A DNA stretch of 63,954 nt, counting the filler, from Sanchytrium tribonematis (lineage: Eukaryota), in assembly GCA_018985235.1 (NCBI GenBank). It is 5 parts of 5 records of this genome, joined end to end, with 100 filler letters (N's around TTAATTAATTAA, not from the genome) between each part and the next. Parts side by side here need not be neighbours in the genome. Positions count along the whole stretch, not along the records: positions 1 to 13,147 come from JADGIG010000200.1; positions 13,248 to 26,341 come from JADGIG010000201.1; 3 more parts are not named here. One strand, given 5' to 3'. The notes beneath the pieces were generated by a model. That model made no database searches and had not been told where the DNA came from. It worked only from the letters and a program-made list of their open reading frames with translations. The translations under genes were made by a program, and so were the position numbers. Each line of letters opens with the position of its first letter. The first letter of the stretch is position 1. Below, piece by piece: positions 10,393 through 21,393 of the stretch.

Positions 10393-12040
10393 ATGTCCAC
10401 CCAAGTCATACTCTACCAATTAAGTAGCTCTGTAGTATTAAAAAAGTCAAGCAGTATTGAAATTGGTCTCGATGTGCGATTGACTGACAAATCTACCCAA
10501 CAAGGACGAGTTTATCATGGAGTCATTGGTGTTATACATCTTGTTAATACTCATATATTTTTGATCAAAGAACATGTAAAGGTTGGACAGATCCGAAACT
10601 GTTCAATTTACAAAATTACAGCAATTGAAATTATTAATTGCACGAAATCTGAGTTGACTATGCAACAGTTGGAACAAGAAAAATATTGCTTGGAAGGGCT
10701 GAATATGGCCTTGCAAAATTTGTACTATTCGAATGAATATGACTTAACAATGCCGCTTCGCTTCAATACTAAAATAATATCTACTTTAAATCAAGGAAAT
10801 GTAAATGAGAATGTCAAAAATGATTTTTGGTTTAACTTTTATTTGCAACAACCCTTAAAAGAGCATTCTGAATTTAGATTAAAACTAATAAGTGGTTTTT
10901 TAGAAATTAAGTCTATTTCACTAAAGTCCCAAACAGTCACGAATCAGGGTGTCTTAGTTTTGATAAGTCGGAAATTTAACAAGCGCGGTGGAACAAGATA
11001 TCATAGCAGAGGGATTGATTCAGAGGGAAATGTTAGCAATTGTGTTGAAACCGAACAAATTGTTCTAATTGATAGAGAATGGCAGTCATTTCTACAAATC
11101 AGAGGAAGTATTCCATTATTTTGGAGGCATGTTGTCACGGGAACATATACACCAACACTCTTAATTCACGACCCAGCATCTGTTGAGACTAAAGAGGCAT
11201 ACTTACTGCATTTAAAATGGTTGGAGGATTATTACGGTAAACAAACGTTTGTAAATCTTGTAAATCAGAAAGGAAGTGAGCTTCAACTTGCTCAAGGATT
11301 TGCGAAACAACTGATCTATTCCCCACAGGTTCACTACGTGGCTTTTGATTTTCATAAGGAATGTTCCAAATTAAGATGGCACAGATTGTCAATTTTACTT
11401 GATCAAATCAAAAATGATTTGGACAAAAATATGTAATTTCTGTTAAATAAGGTATGATAGTCCTAGTTGTAAGCAGTCTGGAGTTATTCGAACAAATTGC
11501 ATAGATTGTTTAGATAGAACCAACGTGGTTCAGAGTAATATTGCTAAACACGTATTAGATGGATATTTAAAATCAAAAGGCATTACGGTGGAAGGAGATT
11601 TTGACTTTGTATTTAGAAACCTTTGGGCGGATAATGCAGACGCAGTTTCATTTTTATATAGCGGTACGGGAGCTTTGAAAACTGATTACACTCGAATGGG
11701 TGTTCGCACAAAGGTAGGAGCCTTACAAGATGGACAGAGGAGTGTCATTCGGTACATAAAAAACAATTTTCTAGATGGAGTTCGCCAAGATGGATACGAA
11801 CTAGCACTCGGAACTCCTTATTCTAAAGTTTCTATCCCAAAAAAGCCTTTAAAAGAAGTTGTATTTTATCTCTTTTTGACCGTTTTGATACAGTTTATAG
11901 TTGGCACTTCATCAATTTTGTCATTTATAGTTACAAATATACTCGTTTGGTCGTCAATCGTGTTTTCCGCAATTGCTTTTAATGGTAGGAAATTAGTTGA
12001 TTTGCCCAAATTAAAGCAAATTAAACAACATTTAAGCTAA
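10393..12040 (+). CDS. SAC1: Phosphoinositide phosphatase Sac1; exons 10393-11432 and 11452-12040
   Basis: GTRYHSRGID..GNVSNCVETEQ, RGSIPLFW; splicing restores catalytic RTNCIDCLDRTNVVQ; two C-terminal TM segments. Confidence 0.95.
11433..11451 (+). other. 19-nt spliceosomal intron GTAATTTCTGTTAAATAAG
   Basis: Joins the two Sac1 ORFs in frame and recovers the CX5R motif. Confidence 0.92.
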
Positions 12041-12089
12041 ATAAATTTACTTGAAGTGACCCAATAAGTGGAGTAGAATTCAGCAATAT

Positions 12090-13147
12090 TTATATATCAA
12101 TATTACTTGATAAAGAAATTGTTCCTAGATCCTTACTAGCAAGACTGCTAACATCACTTTCTTCATCTTCTGACTTTGCATTATTCTTCAAATCATTCCC
12201 TGGGTGGGAAACATCAAAATCTGGTCCGTTGCTAAATATTTGTTCCTGGTCTGATGATTCTTCTTCGGCCTCTTCTTTAATGACCTCTTCGACTAAGGAA
12301 TTAGATCTGCTAGTTTTTTTCTCCATTCTTGGAATTTCCTCGTCCGTTTTGGGGGACCCAGTGGAGTCCGCTTTAACTTGTTTGACCTGTTCTTGTAGTG
12401 TATTTCTCTCTTCTTTTATAAATTCTAAATCAATTGTCAAAAATTCTACCTTTTTAGTAAGGTCTGCCAATGAATTGGCATATTTAGTAAATAAAATTTG
12501 AGATGATTCGAATGTCTCTTTTGTGTCATTAGACTGCGAAGTCATATTTGCCAATTCTGATGCAAAAGTTTTTGAGGAATTATGCATTTCTGCTATCGAA
12601 TTCTCCATATTTGTAAGATTCTCTCCCATGCTTTTAAAGTTATTCTCAAGGCTACATAACCGTTTGTCTAAAGATTTTGTTTTGCTTTCTATAAGATTTA
12701 CCAATTCTTCCACCTTTAAGTCCAAGGCCTCAACTTTGTTAGATAATGCCATATTTTCTTCAAGAAGAAACTTTTGTTGAGCCTCGTGATTATCAATCCT
12801 GCCTTCTGCTGTGAAAACAGTCTCCCGAATATCCGTAATCTTCGAGGCGTGACCGCTAATATTTCCTTTATTAGTTTCAATCAATTTTGCATTCGCTTCG
12901 ATATTCTCATTCAATTTTATATCCTCAGTAGAAAGGAGCTTGATACTTCCTTGATTTTTTTGAATTTTCGAATTTAAATCCGCATTATCTTTTATAAAAT
13001 TTTGCTGCTTTCCATCTAAATTCAGAATCGTTTGTTCTACGTCAACGATTTTATTCAGCAGAGACTTACTAGCTATAATATTTGCTTCCTCGTGCAATTT
13101 TAATTTGTTGGTAATTTCTGTTATTTTTTTCTCGTATATATCTCGCT
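12090..13147 (-). CDS. Coiled-coil protein, 5'-truncated at contig end
   Basis: Frame open to the contig edge; heptad-rich, acidic Ser-rich tail. Confidence 0.7.
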
Positions 13148-13247
13148 NNNNNNNNNNNNNNNNNNNNNNNNNNNNNNNNNNNNNNNNNNNNTTAATTAAT
13201 TAANNNNNNNNNNNNNNNNNNNNNNNNNNNNNNNNNNNNNNNNNNNN
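13148..13247. other. Artificial contig linker (N44-TTAATTAATTAA-N44)
   Basis: Identical 100-nt all-frame-stop spacer occurs four times. Confidence 0.98.
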
Positions 13248-13735
13248 ATAGTGTCCCTCCAGGTTCCATCTTGAGAATACTTTTCCTCGATCGGGTTTCC
13301 TACCAAATTTAACTCTTCTAAACTTGGCAATTCCTTCAAAGGTGCCAACGCATCCCACGCCTTGATTCTGTTATTTGCACAGTAAAATACTCTCAATTTT
13401 TTGCACTGTTCAATCCCATTGCATTTCTCAATTTGATTGTAACTTAACCACAATTCCTCCAACGTTTCTGCAACACCATCCAATCCTTCAATTTTTTTAA
13501 TATTATTTCTTCCCAGTGAAAGAATTTTTAAATGAGATAGTCCATTTAAACTGGAAATTTTGTCAATCATGTTTGTTGAGAGACTCAGTTTTTCCACTTG
13601 CTGCAATTGCTGCAATGCACCATCCATTTTTTGTATAAATGGTTGACACATTAAAAGCTTGACTACTTTTGCCTCAGATGCTGGCTGTCCATTTTTCTCT
13701 TCCCACTTTTTAATTGCATCCTTCAAACTTGACAT
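13248..13735 (-). CDS. DNAL1: Axonemal outer-arm dynein light chain 1 (LC1), 3'-truncated
   Basis: [61 protein letters not shown]. Confidence 0.93.
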
Positions 13736-13836
13736 TTTTGGCCTTAAATTGAATTTTTAACACGAAAAGCAATATTATGATTTAAAAAATATGAATTGCT
13801 TCTTTTTAAAAAATGTTATTTAATAAGTGAATATAG

Positions 13837-14019
13837 TTATTTCTTGTCCAGTTTCTCGTTCAATATTTTTAATTCCGCCTCAATATCGTCAAAGTTATCT
13901 TGCTTGACCCTATACATACTGTAAAAATAAGTTCCGAAAACCAATGATGCTAGACCTAGTCCAATGTACTTATTTGGAAATCTTTGTGACGATAAAAACT
14001 TTGTAGCGGGATGAACCAT
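13837..14019 (-). CDS. COA3: Cytochrome c oxidase assembly factor 3-like (COA3/CCDC56)
   Basis: RFPNKYIGLGL..LVFGTYFYSMYRVKQDNFDD single-TM pattern typical of COA3. Confidence 0.75.
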   Translation of the reverse strand: MVHPATKFLSSQRFPNKYIGLGLASLVFGTYFYSMYRVKQDNFDDIEAELKILNEKLDKK

Positions 14020-15360
14020 GGAGATTTCGAGGATTTTGATGATTTTGACAATGATCATTACGACGATAGATATGAAGACATTTCACACAAATTAGACAAT
14101 AAAGTCAAAAGATTTGAGCAAAAATTGACTTCTCAGCTAACAAAAAATATGAGTGAACATGTGAAAACAATTGAACAGTGTTTAGACGGACGAACTGTTG
14201 CAATTTTGTACAAATGGATAAACAATGATATTCTCCAGGCTATCTATGGCTGTATTAAAACGGGTAAAGAAGGAAATGTGTATTATGGAAAGATTGGACA
14301 AAATTGCGTTGACCAGATGAAAAGTGGAAACATTGTTGGATTGTCTTGCTCTAATGTGGAATCAGTTGAAGCAAAGTCTGGGAGCATAGCTGCACTGAAA
14401 ATTTACAAGACATCATGTATGACCTTCAAATCAAGAACCAGGTATATGGATGGAGAGAGAAGATTCCGAACGTTCTGTAAATCGAATTCTCGAAAGTTGG
14501 CTACAGCTTGGGGCGAAAAAGAAATCCGAAATTTAAACAGGTTATTTAATAGCGGTATAATATGTCCTAGACCCATTGGAGTCAAACTACATATTATTTT
14601 GATGGAATTTATTGGAAACGTAAATAACGAAGATGACGTGGAGGCTGCTCCAAGGATTGGAGACGTCAAAGGAGACACAGAATTTTGGAGTGAAATTTAT
14701 ATCGAGATTCTGTTAATTTTGTACCGGATATACCACGATGCGCAACTTATTCATGCTGACTTTTCTGAATATAATATACTTTTTCATAATGAAAAGCTTT
14801 GGGTTATTGACGTTGCTCAGGCAGTTGAAAGAAATCATCCTCACGCACTTGAATTTCTTAAAGCGGACATATCTAATGTGGAGCGGTTTTGTAAATCTAA
14901 AAATGTAAAAGTCTTCTCACGATCTTTTGTTTTAGACTGGGTGTTAGGGAAAGTGGAGATAAACGATCTAGATAATGATCGTATGCGAACATGTGAAAAG
15001 GTCTTACATAAAACCGGGATGCAAATTTCAAGCGATATTTTGGAAAAACTGTGTTCAAGTCCTACTATTGATCAAGAGAACGACATGCATTTCAATAGCC
15101 ATGTTCCAAATTCGCTTTGGGAGTTTGATGGGATGGAAAAGGTTAATGATACTTGCATGGAAGAATTGGTTGTAGAGATAGAATCCGAAAACATGTCAGA
15201 TGCAGAAAGCACTAATAATTTAAATGAAGCTCGCGAATACTTAGAGAAAGAACCTCGTGGACACAGGCACGAAAATAGGGATGATAAGAAAGCTCGAAAG
15301 AAACTTGTAAAGGAAGAAAACAAGAAAAAAAGAATTATTAAAAAGCAGAAAAAAAAGTAA
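14011..15360 (+). CDS. RIO1: Atypical kinase Rio1
   Basis: TIEQCLDGRT, GCIKTGKEGNVY, KIYKTS, WGEKEIRNL, LIHADFSEYNIL, IDVAQAVE..HP; Lys-rich tail. Confidence 0.94.
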   Translation: MNHGDFEDFDDFDNDHYDDRYEDISHKLDNKVKRFEQKLTSQLTKNMSEHVKTIEQCLDGRTVAILYKWINNDILQAIYGCIKTGKEGNVYYGKIGQNCVDQMKSGNIVGLSCSNVESVEAKSGSIAALKIYKTSCMTFKSRTRYMDGERRFRTFCKSNSRKLATAWGEKEIRNLNRLFNSGIICPRPIGVKLHIILMEFIGNVNNEDDVEAAPRIGDVKGDTEFWSEIYIEILLILYRIYHDAQLIHADFSEYNILFHNEKLWVIDVAQAVERNHPHALEFLKADISNVERFCKSKNVKVFSRSFVLDWVLGKVEINDLDNDRMRTCEKVLHKTGMQISSDILEKLCSSPTIDQENDMHFNSHVPNSLWEFDGMEKVNDTCMEELVVEIESENMSDAESTNNLNEAREYLEKEPRGHRHENRDDKKARKKLVKEENKKKRIIKKQKKK

Positions 15361-15369
15361 ATTTAGGTA

Positions 15370-16064
15370 TCAATTTAGTTTTTTTACCAGCTCTGCTCCG
15401 TCATACTGGACATCTATTTGAAACTCTTTCATCATTGCAGATGACAGAAATCGTCCTCCAACATAGTGAATACCATCGAAATACTGGATGCATTTTTTAG
15501 GAGCGCTTAAACTGACAACCATTTTTGGCAGAAATTCAGTTTTGTAAACATCACCTTTCTCCACATCCCACCCTGAAGGGATGTCAATTGATACCACATT
15601 TTTAGCTGAATTAGCCAAGTATTCGATCAAATCTGAGTACGGGGGCCTTGGAGTTCCTTTTGTACCAAACCCTAACAATCCGTCAATAATCAATTCACAT
15701 CTATTTAAAGCGTTATAAATTTTCTCTGATTCCCGCCAAATCGCAATCTCAAAGCCGGTTAGTGATTCTAGAAGCTGTGATTTTGGCTTAGCTATGGCCA
15801 CTTCGACATCAAATCCAAAAGTCTTTAAGTATCGAGCACAAACAATGGCATCATTCCCATTATTTCCGCTACCGGCTAATACAACAGTCTTTTGCGGTTT
15901 GAATTCTTTGGATATTGCAATTGCACATGCCTGCCCTGCAATTTCAATCAGCTGCTCAATTTTAAATGATTCCAATAGCCTGACGTCTAAGGCAGTTGCG
16001 CCAGCTTGAGACAACATATGTTTCAAGCTATGTTGTCAATTGATTCGTACAATGATAGACGCAT
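15370..16064 (-). CDS. NAXE: NAD(P)H-hydrate epimerase (YjeF-N/NAXE); start at 16064 via a possible 23-nt intron (16028-16050), or at ATG 16017
   Basis: QLIEIAG, GSGNNGNDAIVCAR, DGLLGFG, SIDIPSGWDVE, SLSAPK, HYVGGRF. Confidence 0.88.
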
Positions 16065-16480
16065 TTGAGTTGCTGCGAAATTAATTAAAGAAGATTAATT
16101 TACTTAAGAGTGAAAGAACAAAATTGCGGATTAAATTTATATTGTGTTCGCACATGGATTGGGATTCTACAAACAGTAAATCTCACAAATATGCGTTGCT
16201 CTCCAACAAATTAACGGCCGATGCAAAAATTTTACATCAGTGCTTTTTGATATTGTCGTGGATGTCAGATCCCTTTACCCCAATTGTCGAAGTCGATGAC
16301 ATTTTTTTAGTTGTTTGCAAAAATCATCATATTAAAAGCTTTCGAATGGTTAATTTGGATATCAGCAATAGCAGCTCAGTTGTAAATTATCTTTTTTAAA
16401 GATTTTGACTGGGAAATTCCCACTGAGAATTTTTCGCTAAGAAATAAGCTCGCAAGTTGACCTACATAGATTGGAAAAGT

Positions 16481-17215
16481 TTATTTTTTAATAATAGACA
16501 AAATGATATGAGGCGAAGCTAAGCAGCTTAAGTAATTTAGATATTGTACAAAAGCTACGCGATCGAATTCTGTAAGTAAGAAGACGCTAGAGAATACTGC
16601 AATAAAGGTACATATAATAATTTTCGCCTTGTTTATCAAGTGGAATTCGCTGATAGTGCTATAATAACTATGGCTACATAAGTAATAGACAGAGAATGCA
16701 TAAAATGAATTTAATTGGCTAAACATAGCCATTTCTAGAGCTGATTTGAATTTAACAGAAATTTTCGATTCCGCAGAATATATTGTATAGAATAAGACCA
16801 TAACGCCCTTCAATAAAAAGTAATTTTTAATTTTTATGTCCACTAATGCATTCAAGTAAAGCGTGTCTCTATCACTATGTAGAATCCCACAAATAATTGC
16901 TAAACCCTTGAATAAATATTTCCTTCCCTTATTTTCAAAAGCTGCATCTTCTATTCCAAAATGATACGCAGACAAAGATAGAAAGACCACAAGTGCTAGT
17001 TTCGGAGCAATGTACCATAACACTCCATGAATGGCAATAACTGATAGATACCAGCCATAATCTTTCTTTTTCAAATAAGCAAAATCAAATAATCCATGAA
17101 ATAAAGCTAAAATGTGTAATGCTGCCAATGTACCATCAATAATTTGTGACGAAGCACTTCTAATTAAAATTATTCCTAAAAATTCTAGAATTAGTGAATT
17201 CAAGCTGTGGTCCAT
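16481..17215 (-). CDS. blh: Brp/Blh-family beta-carotene 15,15'-dioxygenase (membrane protein)
   Basis: Multi-TM protein with the four family His motifs: FHGLFD, SAYHFG..D, CSHS, SPH. Confidence 0.78.
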   Translation of the reverse strand: MDHSLNSLILEFLGIILIRSASSQIIDGTLAALHILALFHGLFDFAYLKKKDYGWYLSVIAIHGVLWYIAPKLALVVFLSLSAYHFGIEDAAFENKGRKYLFKGLAIICGILHSDRDTLYLNALVDIKIKNYFLLKGVMVLFYTIYSAESKISVKFKSALEMAMFSQLNSFYAFSVYYLCSHSYYSTISEFHLINKAKIIICTFIAVFSSVFLLTEFDRVAFVQYLNYLSCLASPHIILSIIKK

Positions 17216-17354
17216 GATGACCTAAAATCCGTATCCTCAGCATTATCATAGTGGATTTGTGAATTTTAAAAAGCCTAAAGCCAGAACTTTCGGTCGGATT
17301 TTGTTTTTTTTTAAATCAAGGAGCCTGCTTAGCCAGGATTTGCCAATTACCTTG

Positions 17355-19266
17355 ATGAAACAACCTACGCACTATCAACAATTTATCAGTTTTGTCAATC
17401 AAAAACATGGCTTGTCAATCAAAGATAAAGACGATTTGTTTGCCTACTCTGTATCCAATTTCAAATTTTGGACGGATGTCGTTTTGTATACAAAATTGAA
17501 AACAAGCGGAAATATTGATCCAGTATTTTTACCAGACACTAAACTAGACTTAAACGGTAATCCGATTATGGATGAGTTTCCACATTGGTATCCCAATCTG
17601 AAAATAAGTTACGCTCAAAATATACTAGAACAAGACAATAAAGATAGGATTGCTTGTATTGGATACAGAGAGTCGGGACAATATCAATCGCTTACATTTA
17701 AAGAACTTTATGACCAGGTTTCCAAATGCCAACAAGCTTTATTGAAATTTGGAATCAAAAAAGGTGATATTGTATGTGCCTTGGCCCCAAATGCTCCTAT
17801 TGCTATTGTTTGGTTTCTAGCTGCCAATTCAATTGGTGCAATATTTTCTTCATGTAGTTGCGATTTTGGAATAACTGCAGTTGCTCAAAGATTTGCCCAG
17901 CTATCCCCAAAACTGTTTTTTAGTGTGAATTGTGTTCAGTACAACTCCAAATTTTATTCTCAAATTGAAAAACTCGCTGAATTAAAGTCTCAAATCAATT
18001 GTCCTTTCATTATTCATGAATTTATCGACGGAAAGCCTATGGGTGATTTTCAGTCATATGAAACTTTTGTAGATTCTTTCAGCCCGAAAGAAATTACTTT
18101 CGAACAACTTCCATTTCACTCTCCATTATATATTTTGTTTAGCAGTGGTACAACTGGTACTCCAAAGTGTATTGTTCATGGTTATGGCGCTTTGCTTCAA
18201 CACGTCAAAGAACATGTTATTCACCAAAATGCAACCAATGAAGATGTCATTTTACAATATACTACCACTGGATGGATGATGTGGCAATACATGGTTTCCT
18301 ATCTTTACTCTAGTACCATTATTTGCTATGATGGCAGTCCCTTCCATCCTGATCATGAACATTTATGGAAAATAATGAAAAAACATAATGTGACAATTTT
18401 TGGCACTTCTCCAAAATATTTGCAATCACTAAAAGACATGAAGTACACTACAAAAGAACATCAACTCAGACTCATGACTTCTACTGGCAGTCCATTGTCT
18501 ATTGAGCTTTATGGGTATATCCATTCTATTTCTGATGCTTACATAGGAAGCATGAGTGGCGGAACTGATATAGTTGCCTGTTTTATGGGTCCGTCTGTTG
18601 ATTTTGATGGTGTAGATGGAGAAATTCAGTCTTGCTTGGGAATGCATATTCAATGTATTAAAAACGGAAAACAAACTTATGATCAACCTGGTGAATTGGT
18701 TTGTGATAGAGTATTTCCATCCATGCCATTGTATTTCATGTTTGATCCTGATCACGTTAAATATAAAAAGTCGTATTTTAATGAGATTCCGCATGTTTGG
18801 GTCCATGGTGATTATATGCAAATGAGTTCTAAGACGCATGGAATTGTGATGATGGGTAGAAGCGATGGAACTTTAAAACCAGGTGGTGTCAGATTTGGCA
18901 GTAGTGATATATATGGCATTCTAGAGAAATTTAATTACATAGAAGATAGTGTGGCAGTAGGGCAACAATGGGAAGGTGATGAGAGAGTTTTATTGTTTAT
19001 CAAAATGAGAACGCAAGAACAATTGACAGACGACAGAATTAAAGAATTGAAAGTCAAGATTAGAACTGAATTGAGTGCCAGACATGTCCCTTCAATTTTT
19101 ATGGCCTGTCCCGATATTCCGGTAATTATTATTTATAAAGTATACCATGAATGGCAAGAAAGTAGAGTTAGCCGTGAAACATATCGTAAATGGAAGAGAG
19201 GTAAATGAAGAAACTGTGTCAAACAAAGAGTGCCTAGTGTGGTATCGAAATCTAAGTTGGAAATAA
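17355..19266 (+). CDS. AACS: Acetoacetyl-CoA synthetase; exons 17355-19121 and 19141-19266
   Basis: PLYILFSSGTTGTPKCIVH, TTTGWMMW, SMSGGTDI, GRSDGTLKPGGVRFGS; splicing restores DIPYTMNGKKVELAVK. Confidence 0.93.
19122..19140 (+). other. 19-nt spliceosomal intron GTAATTATTATTTATAAAG
   Basis: Restores the conserved catalytic-Lys motif P-YT-NGKK of AACS. Confidence 0.92.
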
Positions 19267-19332
19267 ATAATAAACTTTTCATTTTACTGAAATATGTCAA
19301 ACATCGAGTGACAAATTTATAGCTAATATCAT

Positions 19333-20253
19333 TTATTTGAACAAAAATTGGACGTTTGTCCTTAATTCTGAAAGCTCAAATAATTTTTTGGCCACAGTTG
19401 TGTCTATTGCTGCAGCAGGCGGGGCAGTCTCCACTGGGCTTCCTCCTAATCCGAGCAAGCCATTTGGACCATAATACAAGCCGCCCTTAATATCTTTGGC
19501 TGTTGCGGCGAAAAGCGATGGCCAAGCCCCTTTGTCCGCATTTTGTGCAAAAACCATCCCCAGGCCTTTAAACAACCATGAAGATACATAGTCACTCGAA
19601 TTTTGAATGTTTGTATTCGACCAGCCTGGGTGAACTGCGACAGCTTGTACTTTGGAGCCAGCAGCTTTTAATCGCCTGTCAAGTTCAAATGTAAAAAGTA
19701 GATTTGCCAATTTTGAGGACCCATAAACCGTCATCGCAAAATATGTAGTCTTTTTGTAGTCCATATCGTCAAGCGGAATACTTCCGGTAGAAGCGTTCAA
19801 GCTACTGACAGTAATAATCCTAGGATCAGATGATTTTTGCAACAGTGGCATCAATTGCGCCGTCAATGCAAACGGACCAAAATGATTAGTTCCCATGTGT
19901 GATTCGAAACCATCTTTTGTGACTAGTCTTGTCATGGCGCCCATGACCCCAGCATTATTAATTAAAATATCTAGTTTTTTGTATTCTTTACCGATTTTGT
20001 GACTAAAATCCTTGATGCTATGAAGATCAGCCAAATCCAGGTGCTCGTAGATATAGCGGCCATCTGGAACCAATTTTTTCATCTCTTGAATTGCCAAATC
20101 GGCTTTTTGTTTGTTTCTACAAGCACAAATAACTGTAGCATGTTTTTTACCCAACTCAAAAGCTGTGAAATACCCTATTCCGCTGTTGGCTCCTGTAACA
20201 ATGCATATTTTTCCATTTAAATCTGGAATATCTTCTACTTTCCAATTTGACAT
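19333..20253 (-). CDS. Short-chain dehydrogenase/reductase, retinol dehydrogenase (RDH11-14)-like
   Basis: WKVEDIPDLNGK, TGANSGIG, NNAGVM, GTNHFG, YGSSKLANLLF, VHPG. Confidence 0.88.
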   Translation of the reverse strand: MSNWKVEDIPDLNGKICIVTGANSGIGYFTAFELGKKHATVICACRNKQKADLAIQEMKKLVPDGRYIYEHLDLADLHSIKDFSHKIGKEYKKLDILINNAGVMGAMTRLVTKDGFESHMGTNHFGPFALTAQLMPLLQKSSDPRIITVSSLNASTGSIPLDDMDYKKTTYFAMTVYGSSKLANLLFTFELDRRLKAAGSKVQAVAVHPGWSNTNIQNSSDYVSSWLFKGLGMVFAQNADKGAWPSLFAATAKDIKGGLYYGPNGLLGLGGSPVETAPPAAAIDTTVAKKLFELSELRTNVQFLFK

Positions 20254-20350
20254 TTTATATGTATATTCTTGTTTCAAATTTAATTTTAGCTTCAAAATAA
20301 TAATATATCAATTTATTGTATTCTTAATAATGCATTCCAAAGCCTCTTTT

Positions 20351-21238
20351 TCAAACGATATTGAGCAACAATGTGTAGAATATAATTGACAACGCATTTG
20401 ACGATGAATATGGCTTGGTAGGAGTCGTGGTTGTTTTTGATGGTGTTGTGGTAGGTGCTGGGGGCGTGCTCGAATTGTCTGTTGCTGGTGGAAAAGTTGG
20501 AGTCGGTGGTGTCACAACTGGCGTGGTTGTATATCCATTAAATTTACATTGAGCCACCTTGCAAATATTTCCAATGATGACTGGAGGGTCGCAAATTAGT
20601 GCTGCACCAGCATCCGTAGGGTCAACTGCCGGACTATAGGCGCAGAATGAAGGGTGAGCAGAAGTGGATCTCAATTCAATGTCTTTAACAAGAAATTTAG
20701 GAGGGCTTGGGTGCCATCCATTAGCAGGCTCAACAACCCATTCTGCCCATCCTTGGTCTTGTCCTTGTAAATCGAAATCGAATGTGACAACTTCACCTGT
20801 TTTTAAATTCCTAACTGTTTGCCCCCATACGGTCGTACCAAGTCGCAATTCGATAATCATTTCTAATTCGTCTCCAACCTGAACTGCCATACGACTACCA
20901 CCTTTACATCCAGTAAATCCTGGATAGTTACCAACTGTGTTAACGTATTGGGCAGAAACCCACCAGGTTTTACTGTAATCGATATTTAAAGTGGTAGGAT
21001 CTGGTGCGCAAGATGCGCCATAAGTCAAAACCGGTTGAAGTACACCATTATCAATTGGTAGATACTTTTTTCCACCATTTGGTTGTAATCCTGGCCATAA
21101 AAACAAGGTGGACCATTCTGCATCAGGAATTGCCGGAACTACTAAAGTCGATTTGAAATAAACAAATGGAGCAGCATCAGTGTCTGTATACCAATTTGCA
21201 CTTGGATTGCAAAATATTTGAGAAATAATGCTCAACAT
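20351..21238 (-). CDS. Secreted, probably GPI-anchored beta-sandwich protein, peptidase G1-like
   Basis: Short signal peptide, LWPGLQP..GVLQPVL, WAEWVVE, Thr/Pro stalk, hydrophobic C-terminus. Confidence 0.6.
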   Translation of the reverse strand: MLSIISQIFCNPSANWYTDTDAAPFVYFKSTLVVPAIPDAEWSTLFLWPGLQPNGGKKYLPIDNGVLQPVLTYGASCAPDPTTLNIDYSKTWWVSAQYVNTVGNYPGFTGCKGGSRMAVQVGDELEMIIELRLGTTVWGQTVRNLKTGEVVTFDFDLQGQDQGWAEWVVEPANGWHPSPPKFLVKDIELRSTSAHPSFCAYSPAVDPTDAGAALICDPPVIIGNICKVAQCKFNGYTTTPVVTPPTPTFPPATDNSSTPPAPTTTPSKTTTTPTKPYSSSNALSIIFYTLLLNIV

Positions 21239-21393
21239 GAATCAGAATGCAAAGTGTGTTTATCTATCAGATTCTTAATTTTTCTGATTGGCAAATCTTA
21301 AAAGCCCAATCATTTTGATCCACAAAATATTTAGTGGTTATAAAGCTTAATCTTAGTTTAAGTTAAAATAATAATTTAATAGTGTTCATTTGA

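Noticed and set aside
16124..16422. 91-aa TTG-start ORF and palindrome TGGGAAATTCCCA at 16410
   Set aside because: No recognisable domain, and a single short palindrome is not enough evidence; the gap remains unexplained.
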